This document shows, one piece after another, positions 1-12,141 of a DNA stretch of 64,000 nt. The notes beneath the pieces are model-generated. The model was given only the letters and a program-made list of their open reading frames with translations. It was not told the DNA's origin and ran no database searches. Position 1 is the stretch's first letter. The number at the start of each line of letters is the position of its first letter. A program made the translations under genes and the position numbers. The stretch covers positions 682,001 to 746,000 of the forward strand of contig CP120454.1 in assembly GCA_034226945.1 (NCBI GenBank). Direction: 5' to 3'. The DNA comes from Picochlorum sp. SENEW3 (taxonomy: Eukaryota).

Positions 1-60
1 ATAATAATAGCACAGGTGAATCTTCACGTCACGGCTGGACGTTAGATTCATATATATCAA

Positions 61-1902
61 TCAATCATGCACGTACATGTCTGCTATTGTGTTTGGTGTG
101 TTCCTCCTCTTCTTCTTCTTTGCTGTTGTTGTGTTTGTACCTATGTCGCCAATGAGGAGGATGGCTTTGGCAGGGGTGGTGGGGTGCTCGGCCTGTTCCT
201 GTTCCTTCTTTGTACCATCATCATATTCGATACTCATCCCGCTGTGGAGTGATAAAACATGCTCAAGATCTAAGAATGTTGGTGAGCCATCGTGGGAATC
301 TGTTGATGAGAGCTGCTCTACTGATTTTTTGACAACAAAATCATTCGATTCGAGAGAGCCAAAGATGAGCTGGCTTAGTACATCTGCGACGATGGGATCG
401 TGTCCTTTCTTTGAAGAAGAATCTGTTGGTGTAGCTTGGCTGGCGATGAGGATAGATGTGGCAGAGCCGAGCATGTACTGCCGAATGATGAGTTTGAGAG
501 AAATTCCCATCCATAGGGCACTCAGTGCGAGGCGCTGTGGGATGCTAGGAAACGACTGTGGTTCCTTCCTGTCTTGCTCTGACGCTGTATATATTCCAGT
601 GTTGTGGTGATTGATGGACTCGAGCACGGTGGATAGTCTCTCCCGAGTCACCTGTGGCGCTCGAGGTGGGACAGCTTTGAGCACCAGTCTATCGAGTATA
701 GGCAGGGATGCCAAGAATCTGTCTACTGCGCTACTGCATGTCTGAACGATGGGTGCACATGTTGCTAAAGCACCGCAAGCCAAGGTGGCAGCGAATACTT
801 TTGCATCGCGCGCGAGAGATGGCTTGTCATCCGATGGATCAAATGGAATGGATGGTCCAGCCCCACCCATCCCAAGCTCTGCCGCCAGATCTTGTACTTC
901 TGGAGGCTCTGGTATACCGTCCTCATCATTGTCTTCGTCCTGTCCGAACGAAGAAGCGCTATTTTCTCCTTTTGGAGGTCGACGCCATGGTGACCCTCGT
1001 GATGCAATCATGGCAGCTCGTGCATGGGCTGCATCGCATGCCATTTTGAGGGCATCTCGCCGAGCAGATAATGATGCAGCAATCAGATATCGACGTCCTA
1101 TTTTCCATGCATTTTCCAGACCATGCTGTGTGAGAAAACATGCTTGGTATTCTACAGGAATCTGTCCCTTTTCCCCGTACTGGATAATCTTCATCGCGGG
1201 CAATGTGCTGACCATCATGTTGTCAGCATCATCTGTACCAGAAAAACAATATTGTTTGCTCTTTTTCTTCTTCTTCTTCTTCTTCTCCGTATTTCTGTCT
1301 CGCGCGACAAAAAGATATGATTTCGGAAAGCTTGAAATCATTTCCAAGGCGAAATACAATGGCACCGTCAGAAAATTTCCTCTCTTGATATCATCCGAGT
1401 CAGATGATGCAACACTGTGGCACGCCGTGAGTTTGAACGACTGGCCATCACGACGGGGCTTTACCGGACCACTGGGCGATGCAAATTCAAGTCGAATATC
1501 ATCTTTTTGACACTGGGATAAGATTGAGACAGAGTCTTTCTCAATACAAATCACCTTTTTATCCTTGACCTTGAGCATGGGCAGCCTGTGATGAGCACTG
1601 GAAGTAAATGTTCCCTTGGAAAGAACAGGGCCTTTCTCATGATCATCTCGCAGGACTGAACTGCCGGTGGAATTCCTGAAGCAATTTCGAGTCATAATCA
1701 TCTTCCTGATGGATCAATCACACACAACATGCCCGCATACAAAGACATGGAAAGTAACGTACATGGAACTGTTCTGAGAGTCCCTGCTGAGTGGTATATA
1801 CGCTCCACCGACACATAGCAGTGGCAGTGGAACACGGTTCTCCGAACCGATATGCAATTGTAACCGAGAATAGTGCGCTTTGGGATCGCTATCTGACGCC
1901 AT
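61..1902 (-). CDS. Hypothetical protein (~590 aa), 2 exons (1763-1902, 61-1705)
   Basis: ORF MASDSDPK... joins in frame to the 546-aa ORF across a 57-nt GTACGT...CAG intron (1706-1762). Contains poly-K tracts; no family recognised. Confidence 0.6.
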
Positions 1903-2170
1903 ATCAAAGGATCAAAACGAATATCGTTCCGACAACGTCAAATAACATGGATGTCACACATGCCTTGTCAGCAGAATCACCTATTGGGGATGTATGGCCT
2001 TTCTAACCCTAATATATACACTTGAGTGAACAATAAAGTGTCAATCTGAGGATAGACGCGCATCCTGCTAAGGAGATGAATCCAGGAACTCCTGCCATGA
2101 TGAAGGTTGCCAGGCCAAAAATGACAAAACTGTGAGGGTATCTGATCAAAACAATAATCAAATATACAAT

Positions 2171-3201
2171 ATGGGTATGATATATTTTGTCATTAAATGA
2201 CAATGTATCAGGATATGGGTCGATAATGCATGTGGTATTATGCGCAGGGGTCGCTTCAAAAGACAAAAGGGATGTCTATTACAGGTTGGCAAAGGAGGAG
2301 GGTCTGCGGGCTCGTAGTGCGTACAAGCTGATGCAAATCGATGATATGTTTGATCTATTTTCTAATGTCAAGAATGTGGTGGATTTGTGTGCGGCACCGG
2401 GGAGCTGGAGCCAGGTGTTGAGCAGACGACTGTACCTGCCTGCAGTGGCAGCAGGGGCCTCAGAGGAGGATATGCCTCGCATTGTTGCCATCGACTTGCA
2501 GCCCATGGCTCCAATAGAAGGTGTTACTATTCTTCAGGGGGATATAACGTCGAAGAGGACTGCAGAGCAAGTGATATCGTATTTTGATGGGAATAGAGCT
2601 GATATTGTTATTAGTGATGGTGCGCCAGATGTGACTGGGTTGCATGATTTAGATGAGTATGTTCAGGCACAGCTTATTTTGGCAGCTCTTGTGATTGTTT
2701 CTGCGACGTTGAAGAGAGGAGGGACATTTGTGGCAAAGGTGTTTCGAGGGAGGGATATTGGTATGCTGTACTCCCAATTGAAAGTGCTGTTCAGGGATGT
2801 GACTGTTGTCAAGCCCAAGAGTTCCCGGAATTCAAGCATTGGTATGTGATGAACTTTGAACATGGATTTTCTTCTGTTTTGATTTCATGTGTATGTTGGC
2901 CGGTCATTGATTTGTGCCGTGAATATATATGTATGCAGAGGCATTTGTTGTGTGCCGAGAGTTCATGCCGCCTGAAAGGGCACTATCTACAAATGATTTG
3001 GACAATCTTGTTGGTGCGACGAGGGATTATGCAGATGCGTTGGAAGATGATTCTTTAGAAGAGAGGCGCAATATTAGATTCGTATCATGTGGGGATTTGA
3101 ATGGATGGGACTCTGATGCATCGTATGCCTTGCCATCAGCTGACTATAGGCACCTTGCCCCTGTTGCCCCCAAGAGTGATGTCTTCAATTCTCAGACTTG
3201 A
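2171..3201 (+). CDS. TRM7: tRNA (C32/G34) 2'-O-methyltransferase, FtsJ/Trm7 family; introns 2175-2247 and 2842-2938
   Basis: Spliced N-terminus [29 protein letters not shown]; motifs [37 protein letters not shown]. Confidence 0.93.
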
Positions 3202-3667
3202 TTCATGTCCCTTTCTCTCTTGCGCGAGGGTTTCGTTAGTTTCAAAACTGACAGCTCTCTGAAATAATGCATGATACACAATGAATGGATTGTATATGGG
3301 TTGAGGGAAATCCCTGTGTCAAATCGGCCAACGTTGCTGACGTCAGGTCAGACTGATGATGCAAGCAAAAGACGGGAAGAAATCGTCCTCTGCTACATGC
3401 CTGTACAAACGGCAGGTACCTCAACACGGTCCCAATTCTTTGATACACATTACAGTACATAACAATGATTTGAATAAGAAAGTCAAGTCTGTCATTGGAT
3501 GAAAAGCATGCATGCCCTACTGAAATACATGGCCCAATTGCGTGGCACTTATTTTTACCAACAGAACAGAAACCATCTTGGAGACGAGCCTGTACGAGAT
3601 GAAGAAAAGAAAAGAAGAGAAAAACAGCACGTCATTTTTTTTTAATTTTTTTTTTCGTCTATTGTCT

Positions 3668-4465
3668 CTACGTATTGGTATCATCCAGAGGTCTTTGCTC
3701 CCCATGCTTTGACAAATACAGACCACACGCATTGCACATGTACTTTTCTGTGACCGGATTCCTCCTCCAGAACGGCGTTTCCGACGTTCCGCAATGAGAA
3801 CAAACCCGGTCTTTATCCACTGTAGCCTTGGAGGCACGTCTTCTCTTCTTCTTCACAGTGCTCCTCTTCTTCAAACCAGCTACAACACTATCTGCCACAT
3901 GCTTGGGAACATCCTTCAGAGCCTCCTTCACCGTTCTAATCATCTCCAGATCAATCACACGTTCATCCGGGATTTGTTTCAAAACTTTATCAAATGTCTT
4001 TCCAATATCCTCGACAGACAGATCAGAACCCTTCCACCACAAGTGCACTTGGTCCTTTGCAGCAGCTGACCCACCCTTGCCCTCATCAACAGCTCCTCGA
4101 ATACTAGGAACCATTGCTTCCAAAGGAGCAACCACGTGCGGCATCGTCTGCTGCATCTGCTGCACCTGATCAGCCAGGAATTTCACAATAGCTTGGAAAC
4201 TCTGTAAACTCTTCAGGATGGGCACCACATCCTCAAAGGGCACAGTACTCGGTTTCTCCAACGCTTTGAGCGCCTCTGGCAGATCCGCAATCGCTTCCTC
4301 CGCACTCCCAAACGTCGTATCAAATACTGTGTCATCCCGATGTATCGGATCCTCCGATCCTCCTTCCTCTCTAGACCGTTTGTTCGTCGCACTGTCGTTG
4401 TTATTTGGGCGTACCTCACCCTTTCCAGCCTTTTTACCATTCATTGCCTTGGTTTTCTTATCCAT
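3668..4465 (-). CDS. GATA-type zinc-finger transcription factor (3' end may continue via an intron to about 3517)
   Basis: CSHCGTSETPFWRRNPVTEKYMCNACGLY (C-X2-C-X18-C-X2-C) preceded by a basic NLS-like tract. Confidence 0.85.
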   Translation of the reverse strand: MDKKTKAMNGKKAGKGEVRPNNNDSATNKRSREEGGSEDPIHRDDTVFDTTFGSAEEAIADLPEALKALEKPSTVPFEDVVPILKSLQSFQAIVKFLADQVQQMQQTMPHVVAPLEAMVPSIRGAVDEGKGGSAAAKDQVHLWWKGSDLSVEDIGKTFDKVLKQIPDERVIDLEMIRTVKEALKDVPKHVADSVVAGLKKRSTVKKKRRRASKATVDKDRVCSHCGTSETPFWRRNPVTEKYMCNACGLYLSKHGEQRPLDDTNT

Positions 4466-5111
4466 ATCTACTATCTTGTCTCTATTTTATTGTAGTAGAT
4501 AGCGATTTGATATCGATTCCAGTAAAGACGCGTGCTACAAAATGGTTACAGAAATTCTAATACGACTTTGAGCGATATGCCACCAATGGTTTTCACTATA
4601 CACCTAGTTGAATTCTTTAATTTAATCTACTATTGAGGCATTTCCTTTGAAACGATTCTGCCATGGATGATTCACATATGTATGAATTGCAAGAGTCCAA
4701 TTGGACTTGCAATATTGCAGCAACTTGCTTGATCAAGAAAAAAATATCAGGATACGAATTGGATGATTCTGGTGTGAGTATACGATTCTCTGCTCATGTG
4801 ATGATTGATTACACATGTAAAAAGAATCATCTGGAAAAGAATACTATGTACTCTTCTGGCAAATATGCCATCCCATCAATGTACAGCACATGTGGAACAA
4901 TGCCATGCATGGTTCTCTCTTTACATGCCAAGCAAAGATGAGCCTATCTATAGACCCTTTATATCTCAGTATATCTAAATATATATCCATGGCAGACCTT
5001 GATGGTATCAAAGAAGTATGGATTCTTCATTGGTATTATGCGTGGGGTGCTGACACCAGGAGGCAACTAGTTCACCACATTTGTATATGTATCATGGCTG
5101 CGTATCGCATC

Positions 5112-5609
5112 TTATCGCATTAAGCGAGAGATTCTTTGTAAGTGATAGTTGATCGTGTTGATAACACGCGGTTTCTTTGCCTGCATGTATTGTTCAATAC
5201 ACAAAACCCAAATGAATCAAAAAGTGCGACATACTCTCTCTTTGCTTCAGAGTTGGAACGAGGCCAGATGATGATGATGATGATGCCTCATGTCCCATGG
5301 GATGAGGGAGACGATGCATATAGACAACATATGTGGGTAGATATGGAGAAGACGTACCGCTGTAGCTGCACACATTCTAAGAGAAGCAATTTCTTTGGCA
5401 CAAGCAGAGTTCACATCGGAGCCAGCTTTCTGCACAGATGCCCGGTGATATCAATATAAGTAATTAGTAACACGTTTGGTAGTAGTATGAGATCGTACCG
5501 CCATGCAGGTGAAGAACTGCTGCAGTTCTTCGCCACACTGAGTTCCACGGCGACCTCTTGGGGTCGTTCGTACTTTAATGGGCGTTTCTTTCTTTGCCTT
5601 TCTTCCCAT
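5112..5609 (-). CDS. Twin CX9C (CHCH) protein, likely mitoribosomal mS37/Mrp10-like; exons 5499-5609, 5358-5429, 5112-5180 (83 aa)
   Basis: Spliced: MGRKAKKETPIKVRTTPRGRRGTQCGEELQQFFTCMAKAGSDVNSACAKEIASLRMCAATAAKKPRVINTINYHLQRISRLMR. Two CX9C motifs plus an INYHLQR tail as in plant mS37; canonical splice sites. Confidence 0.8.
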
Positions 5610-5696
5610 TTATATATATTTTTTAAAGAAAGGAAATGCCAGAAAGGATGTACATGTGAAGCAATTGGTATATGGATGAGATGAGATGGCTTGTGT

Positions 5697-7585
5697 CTAC
5701 TTTAGACCAAAAGATGGAGTCATCTGTTTCTTGTAGTGATTGATGGATTCCACGCCAAACATGTACTTCTCGTGAATCAGTTCGTGGCTGAGTTGGATAG
5801 ATTCCATCTCGTTGGCGTGGGACTGCTCCATGCTAATTCTGGATGATTCTATCATGTCTTGGGCTTTTTGTTGGAGGAGGTGACATTCTTGCTGCATTGA
5901 GGATACCATGGCCAGATGCTGGTCCACATATGATTGCATATGTGATACTTTGGCTTCAAAGGCGTTGATTGCAGTTGCACAAGACATTTCCGATTTCTGA
6001 ACAGCCTTGGTGATTTCAAGTTTGCTGTTGGCATAAGCAGTCTCAAGGGCATGCTTCATCTCTGCTTGCAGCAATGAGTATTTCTTATGGCAGATTGTAT
6101 CCGACAGTTTGGAATGATTCTCCAAAACTTTACTCATAGCTGTGTTGAGAGCATCAAGAGCTGTGAAATTGTCGTAATCTTCGGGGCATGCAGGATGGTG
6201 GGAAGTCTCCTTGGCTGCTGCTTGGCTGAGCAGTTTTTTTGTGCCCAAGGTGTTGGCTCTCATCTTTCCCTCCTCTACGTCCTCGTCTTCCTCACTCTCA
6301 TTACTGCATACATACAAGATTGTTCATCAAATGTTGTGTCATTTTTCCATGGGAAACGATGCCATATATATTCAAAAATACAAACATACCTGTACAAATT
6401 GTGCATGTCTCCAAGAGTTTTAGCAGCTTGCTTTCTAGGATTCCCATGAACCTTCTTTTCTAATGTTGGAGCGACTCCAAGCCTCGTCTTTTGTACTTTG
6501 ATGGGCGTGTTGCCTGCTTGCTGTGGTGCTTCCATTTGCAGAGGAGTGCTGCTTTTGGGAGACGCAGCATTCATTTGCTCTCTGGTACTTTTCAGCGTAC
6601 TTCTATGCACATCGATGACTTCCTGCAGCCTTCCTTTTTTGACTGGATCCTTGGCGTCGAATCTTGGTGGTGGAGTCCTTTTCTTTTGCTGGTTCTGACC
6701 TTGATCAGCTGGTCTGCAGAAGTCATCAGATGCTGGCACAGGCTTTGCTTCGGTTTCTTCCACACCTTTTTCTTCTTCGACATCTTCAAAGTCACCTTCA
6801 TCGTCGGACGTAAAGGCATGCTTCAATTTTTGAGATGCCACTTTGGACGCTTTTCGTGTGGAGGTCCGGACTGGTTCCAGCTTTTGCTTCTTCGTTTGTG
6901 CTCCCTTGTTTGCCTGATTTCTCTTTGATGTGGCCCCAGATTTCTTTGTAGTTGCAGCAGCCTGCTGCTGCTGCTGCTGCTGCTTTGCCTTCACAGAGGT
7001 GCGACAGACTTCCTCCGTCTTGCATGAATCCTTCTCTGGAGTTGACTCTTTCTCATCCGATGCACGTTCAGGCAAACCCAAAGATTTCATTGCTACAGGC
7101 TCCTTTTTTGTATTTGGCTTGCCAAGAGCCTTGCCATCACCATCCTTTTTGGCCTTGGATGGTGTGATTTTTCTCCTGAGACTCTCTGGGACACCCACAA
7201 GAGCCTTTCTACGCCGCCCTGCCACTCGAAGAGGCTTCTGTTGTGGATCCGCCTTAGTGGTGATATCCATCTTGGGCTCTGATGATACAGGAGTATGCTC
7301 ATGATCATCATCTCGTGGAGACTGCTCACTTGGCCAACCAGAATCCACAGAATCTTCATGCACTAGACGAGCAAAGCCCTGCACGTAGGAAAGCATATTC
7401 AGTGACAATGGAGCATGTGTATAAACGCATGCAATGGATTCAATGATGGCACGTACCTGGGCACTTGATGGCGGTCTGTCAAATTTGGCACATCTGGAAT
7501 CTGCCACAACCACTGGTGCATGGGCAACAGTGGCATTTGTATCCTGGCGCCCATTGTAGTCCGACTTTTTTGCCTTCCATGACAT
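5697..7585 (-). CDS. Hypothetical Lys/Ser-rich disordered protein with C-terminal coiled coil; introns 7379-7456 and 6304-6389
   Basis: The 497-aa and 206-aa ORFs join in frame via a GTATGT...TGCAG intron. Poly-Q tract; helical, heptad-like C-terminus. Start codon inferred. Confidence 0.65.
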
Positions 7586-8025
7586 ATCATCATCTTTTGA
7601 TTGTAAACTGGATTGATCAGATTCTCTCTTCCTCGCGTGCCAGCCTATTGCGTCGTCCGGAGTGCCGTTCCCAGGTCGGACAACAGTGCTAGCTCTGAAC
7701 ACGACAAACACGACCGTGATATGTGGAAATATAGTACAATATGTTAATTTAGGTTCTAAATCACGCACATCGAGACTCTACCAAGCATGAACATGATTCG
7801 TTGCGGAAGTCGCTATCACGTCCGTTCTGTTCAGGCTAAAACATGCATACACTCGCTACAGAGGGTACAATATGTTCTTTAAACTGACATAAATACTTGT
7901 ATTCTATGAATTTAAAGTGTCCCTGTTGGTGATAGCCAGCCTCGTGTCAAATCGCTCAACATGCATCGCACAGTTGCATGAGCCAGGGACAAGCTGCATG
8001 GAGTTTACATAGGGATAGAAATAAA

Positions 8026-10110
8026 TCAGATGTTGGATTTTGCATCCAGATAAGCTTGTAATGTACTACCTTGTACTTGTCTTTTCTTGATTTGCTGGTG
8101 CTTGATGTCTTGTTCAGAGAACTTGGTCACGTCAAAGTATGTCTCAAACTGACTGCATTCGTATGGTTCACCACGAATAGCTACACAATATGAGGGTGGC
8201 TGAGGGCAAATATCTACAGAGTCTGTAAAGTGAAGAGAGCATAGCATCTGCTGGGCATCGTATGAAAATGAGTTGCAGTCATCGCCCACCATTCTGCATG
8301 CAACCATGCACTGTTCTGGTGTAACAGCCATTGTGGATGTATCGTACATGACTGGTTGATCTCTGTCTGAAATGGTGCCATCATACATGTATCCAGGAAG
8401 ACCCGGCTTGTATGGGACTAGAGTACCTTCACGGCATGCAAGCTGCCCCGGTCCCTGTGATCTGAATGACTCCCGAATGCTCTGCATTTCAGCGGGGTTT
8501 GGTGTGCATGATCTGCCATTTCCTTTGAACCCTGCGTGGCATACACAAACAAATCCAGGGGATGTATCAATGCAGGCAGCATTCTCATCACAATCGTCGA
8601 TGCCTCTGGCACATTCGTTGACATTGATGTTGCAGTCAACACCTTCATAACCAGATCCAGGGATACCTCGGACCCATGTATTTTTGCATTCGTGCACTGG
8701 TTTCGCCTTTTGATTATCTGAATAGTGGCAACTTCCACCAAATCTATACTCCTCATTGATCCTCTGGATTTCTGCAGTGAAATTTCTGGCAATATCGAAA
8801 CTTGTATCAGATTCGAAAACACCAAAGATTCCACCCGGAAGATCTCCCTCTTCCTCGGGTGCTTTTTGATCTAGTCCAAACCATTGCCAAAATAGCCCTC
8901 CTTGGACAGGTCCAGCTTGTTTTGCATCTTCTAATAGTGCATCATAGACAACTTTGTACCATTTGTCACGCTCCTCGATGAGTCTCTTTGAAGAGCCCCA
9001 AGCACCAAACTCACTCATGATGAGAGGTTTACCAAGTTCTCGCGCTTGTCTAATATGCTCATGAAGCCATCGATGAGCAAATTCTGGGGTGGCGTCTTCC
9101 CAATTTTGGATCCACATATGGATTCCTGCATAGTCTATATATTCGCTGCTATGATCAGCTTTAAAGTTTTGTCCCTGATCTCCAGCCCAACTCCCTGATC
9201 CTCCTGGATTTGCATACTGCTGAGGAGTTTGGTTTGAAAAGAACCCTTCCTCGCCAACAGTCACAAGGTGGTTCTTGTCAACAGCCTTTATGTAACTTGC
9301 CATGCTTGTGATCCATGTCTGCAACACAAAACTGGGACAACCCTGGCATCTGGGCTCATTGATTAATTCCCAGGAAAATATTGTCGGATCGTCTTTGTAC
9401 TGACGACCATTGATCGAGTTCTGTCTCGTTAGAATTGCCTTGACATGATTCGTGTACAGATGCCAGGCATCTTGCTCAAAGAAAAAGTCTTCATGTCCTG
9501 ACAGATTAAGCATGGTTTGAAAATGCGGGATACCTCCTGCTTCTTGCCAGTTATCAAATAAAGATAAAATCACGCGGACGCCAGCTTTCCGAGCCTCGTC
9601 TAAGAAAAAGTCCAACCCCCGGAATATTTGCTCATTGTAGACACCAGGAGCTTCCATTAACGTGTATCCAAGTGAGACAGGATTAGCCCATGCTCTCACC
9701 ACGTTAAATCCAACCTCTTTTGCCTTCTGCAGCTTTCTTCTGATGAGTTCCTGACCAGTCATATTAGGTGGTAGACTGGCACCATAAAGCCTCAAGACAC
9801 CTGATGCAGCCTCTACAGTTTCCCACTGGTTCCATCCCGATACATACATGAGACTGCACTCGGGACCAACGACAAATCTACCTCCTTCTACTCGAACAAA
9901 ATAGTCCATCAAATCCAAGGGATGCCCAGCTTTTGGAGACTGCACTGAATTGCGATACCATGTAGTGCTTAGAAAGCCTGCAGCTGCCAACAGGGCAAGA
10001 ACCAAAGCCACAATATATGCTCTGGTACTGCACAAGTGTTCTCCAATCGTACTAATGGATTTTGCAGGAGTACCATGCTCCACTATGGGGGATCTCCGAC
10101 GAGTAGTCAT
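8026..10110 (-). CDS. GH5 endo-1,4-beta-mannanase-like enzyme with N-terminal TM anchor, calcium-binding EGF domain and PAN/apple-like module
   Basis: WELINEPRC (acid/base Glu), IMSEFG (nucleophile), YKDDPTIFSWEL; EGF NVNECARGIDDCDENAACIDTSPGFVCVCHAGFKGNGRSC; PEQCMVAC...CNSFSY...CSL. Confidence 0.88.
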   Translation of the reverse strand: MTTRRRSPIVEHGTPAKSISTIGEHLCSTRAYIVALVLALLAAAGFLSTTWYRNSVQSPKAGHPLDLMDYFVRVEGGRFVVGPECSLMYVSGWNQWETVEAASGVLRLYGASLPPNMTGQELIRRKLQKAKEVGFNVVRAWANPVSLGYTLMEAPGVYNEQIFRGLDFFLDEARKAGVRVILSLFDNWQEAGGIPHFQTMLNLSGHEDFFFEQDAWHLYTNHVKAILTRQNSINGRQYKDDPTIFSWELINEPRCQGCPSFVLQTWITSMASYIKAVDKNHLVTVGEEGFFSNQTPQQYANPGGSGSWAGDQGQNFKADHSSEYIDYAGIHMWIQNWEDATPEFAHRWLHEHIRQARELGKPLIMSEFGAWGSSKRLIEERDKWYKVVYDALLEDAKQAGPVQGGLFWQWFGLDQKAPEEEGDLPGGIFGVFESDTSFDIARNFTAEIQRINEEYRFGGSCHYSDNQKAKPVHECKNTWVRGIPGSGYEGVDCNINVNECARGIDDCDENAACIDTSPGFVCVCHAGFKGNGRSCTPNPAEMQSIRESFRSQGPGQLACREGTLVPYKPGLPGYMYDGTISDRDQPVMYDTSTMAVTPEQCMVACRMVGDDCNSFSYDAQQMLCSLHFTDSVDICPQPPSYCVAIRGEPYECSQFETYFDVTKFSEQDIKHQQIKKRQVQGSTLQAYLDAKSNI

Positions 10111-10386
10111 GTGGCCAAGGGCACCAACCTACTGGTCTCCTGAGACACAAATTCTATTGCATTGCACCGAGCTACAAACCGTTTGGGATTCATTTCATGA
10201 CACAAATATTAATATTTGAATAATTTTATGCGAGAAAACAATTTTAAGGAGGATGCCAGCCCTGACTTCCTGAGGTCCGCGATGGCCCTTGGGTGGTCGA
10301 AACACCGTTGACTGCAAGAATTGCAGCTTTGTATGTGGGTCCTTTGTTGTTTATGAGGATTGGTCAGTCATGGCATGGCACCTAGA

Positions 10387-12141
10387 CTATCCTTCCTGCT
10401 CCCTAATTTTGTGCAAGTATTCCATCTCGTCCTGTAGAAATGCACTGAATTTCTTCAAATACTCTCTGGTCAACTTCTTCTGCTCCATTCTGTGTTTCAA
10501 TGCGACCATTTGGTGCCTGGTTGGGCCACTGTGGGGCATGGCTGTGGTATTCATCTGCTCAGTCTCAATCGCACTGAGGATCTTATAATCATTCTCTAAA
10601 GTTCCTGTTCCTGTTTCTACGCCCTCTAACTCCTCTATTTTGACCTCTAAAAGTCTCACAAGTGTGGTGAGGACAGCCATTCGAAGCCCACTCGATGCCA
10701 TTTCTGATGCCACTTCCGAGGACTCTACTCTATTCGGCTCTCCATCAATCTCGGCTAACCTGGCGTCAATTTCTTCAGAGTCTATAACAAAAATCTCGAG
10801 CGTTTGCAACACATCTGATGGGAACATGCTCTCAAACGCTCGTTGCCTCTCTTGGTTTTTTCTGCCTGTATACTTTCCCCTTGTTGCCAATGTTTTTTGC
10901 AACGAGTCCAAATGACTTCTCGATAAAAACAGCTGTGGACGTAGATTATGATGCATTAAAAGTGCAAACTTTTTCTTCAAGACATCCGTCCATTCGCGTG
11001 GAGGGGGCAGTGGGCAGTTCACCATCAGCACTTCATCTCGTGGATCAACATCCACACGGCCATACTGAAAGATCATCTGCTCCGACGATAGCCCTTCCCA
11101 TGGTGATATAGTAACTGGCTTCCCCTGTGCTATTCTCTTTTTTCGTGAGCACACGGCACACAAGGCTGCATCATCATGCCCTCGAAGCTCCCATGTACAG
11201 TTGCCTTTTGAGGAAGGCTCAAACATCTCAGTGCCAGGTACGATTTGAGAACTGAACGTCTTCCCACTTTGTTCTGGAAGCGTAATACCATACATTTTAA
11301 AAGCGGATGTTGCCCAGACAAAGTCTTCATACGTAGGACTAGAGTGCAGTTCCTCCATTGTAGCAATCTCTCGACAGACATGCTTCATCTCACTCCAAGC
11401 ACTTTCCATATCTTTTCTCTGAAGCCTGCAAGATTCGAATACATACATAGCATGTTAGTATACCTGTATCGTAAAAATAAAAGAACATCACGTCTCATGC
11501 ATACAAGGATGTAGCACATACATTGCAGCAGCATACAAGGATGTGCCCCTCAGCCACTCTAGTTCATCCAATGTCCATGAGAGAGGCAGCGAAAATCTCT
11601 CTGGAAGCATATTCAACCACTGTTTCAAATAACTAGCGTCCCCTTTCATCTTTTCAATCATGATATGAATAATCACCGGGTACCCATGGGTATCATGCTC
11701 CATCAAATGCTTCATCAATCCCCCATGGATTTGATTCTTTGCAATCGACTCGTTGGAAATGGAATTCTTGACTGGAAAAGAGATCAAGACAGGATCCTCC
11801 TTGAATGCATTTGTAATTCGCGACAGGCCTAGCCAACCTGAGGAAAACAAGCGTCTCCCACTCTTGCTCAGAGTTGCAACCACCCCACCATACTTGGGAT
11901 CAATGACATCCAATTCAATATTCCCAGTATCGACACCGTGCTTTTTCATCCATGTTCGATATTCGGAAAGCAGAACAGACCTGGATGGGGTAGGCTTGAA
12001 TGGTTTATAGCCTCTGTCCTCTGCTGCAGCACACTCTGGTAGACCATAAGAGCTATTGGATACCGCATATTGATACCCGAAATATATCCCAGGTATACTT
12101 ACTAGTGCTATAGGTGCTTTAAACCGATTCATTGTATACAT
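10387..12141 (-). CDS. SET-domain protein lysine methyltransferase, Rubisco LSMT/SETD3-like; intron about 11426-11520
   Basis: WLNMLPERFSLPLSWTLDELEWLRGTSL, FVWATSAF, SSEQMIFQYG; the two ORFs join through a canonical intron. Confidence 0.75.

Noticed and set aside
67..1510. Long plus-strand ORFs (177 and 253 aa), and similar antisense ORFs elsewhere (e.g. 53815-54894, 57021-57761, 25607-26320)
   Set aside because: They shadow real genes on the opposite strand and have no motifs of their own.
3242..3462. Short ORFs between TRM7 and the GATA gene
   Set aside because: No motifs or convincing splice structure; probably UTR sequence.
4663..5123. Possible small spliced plus-strand gene (GTGAGT donor at 4774, ORFs of 92 and 77 aa)
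   Set aside because: I could not build a convincing protein; it needs transcript data.
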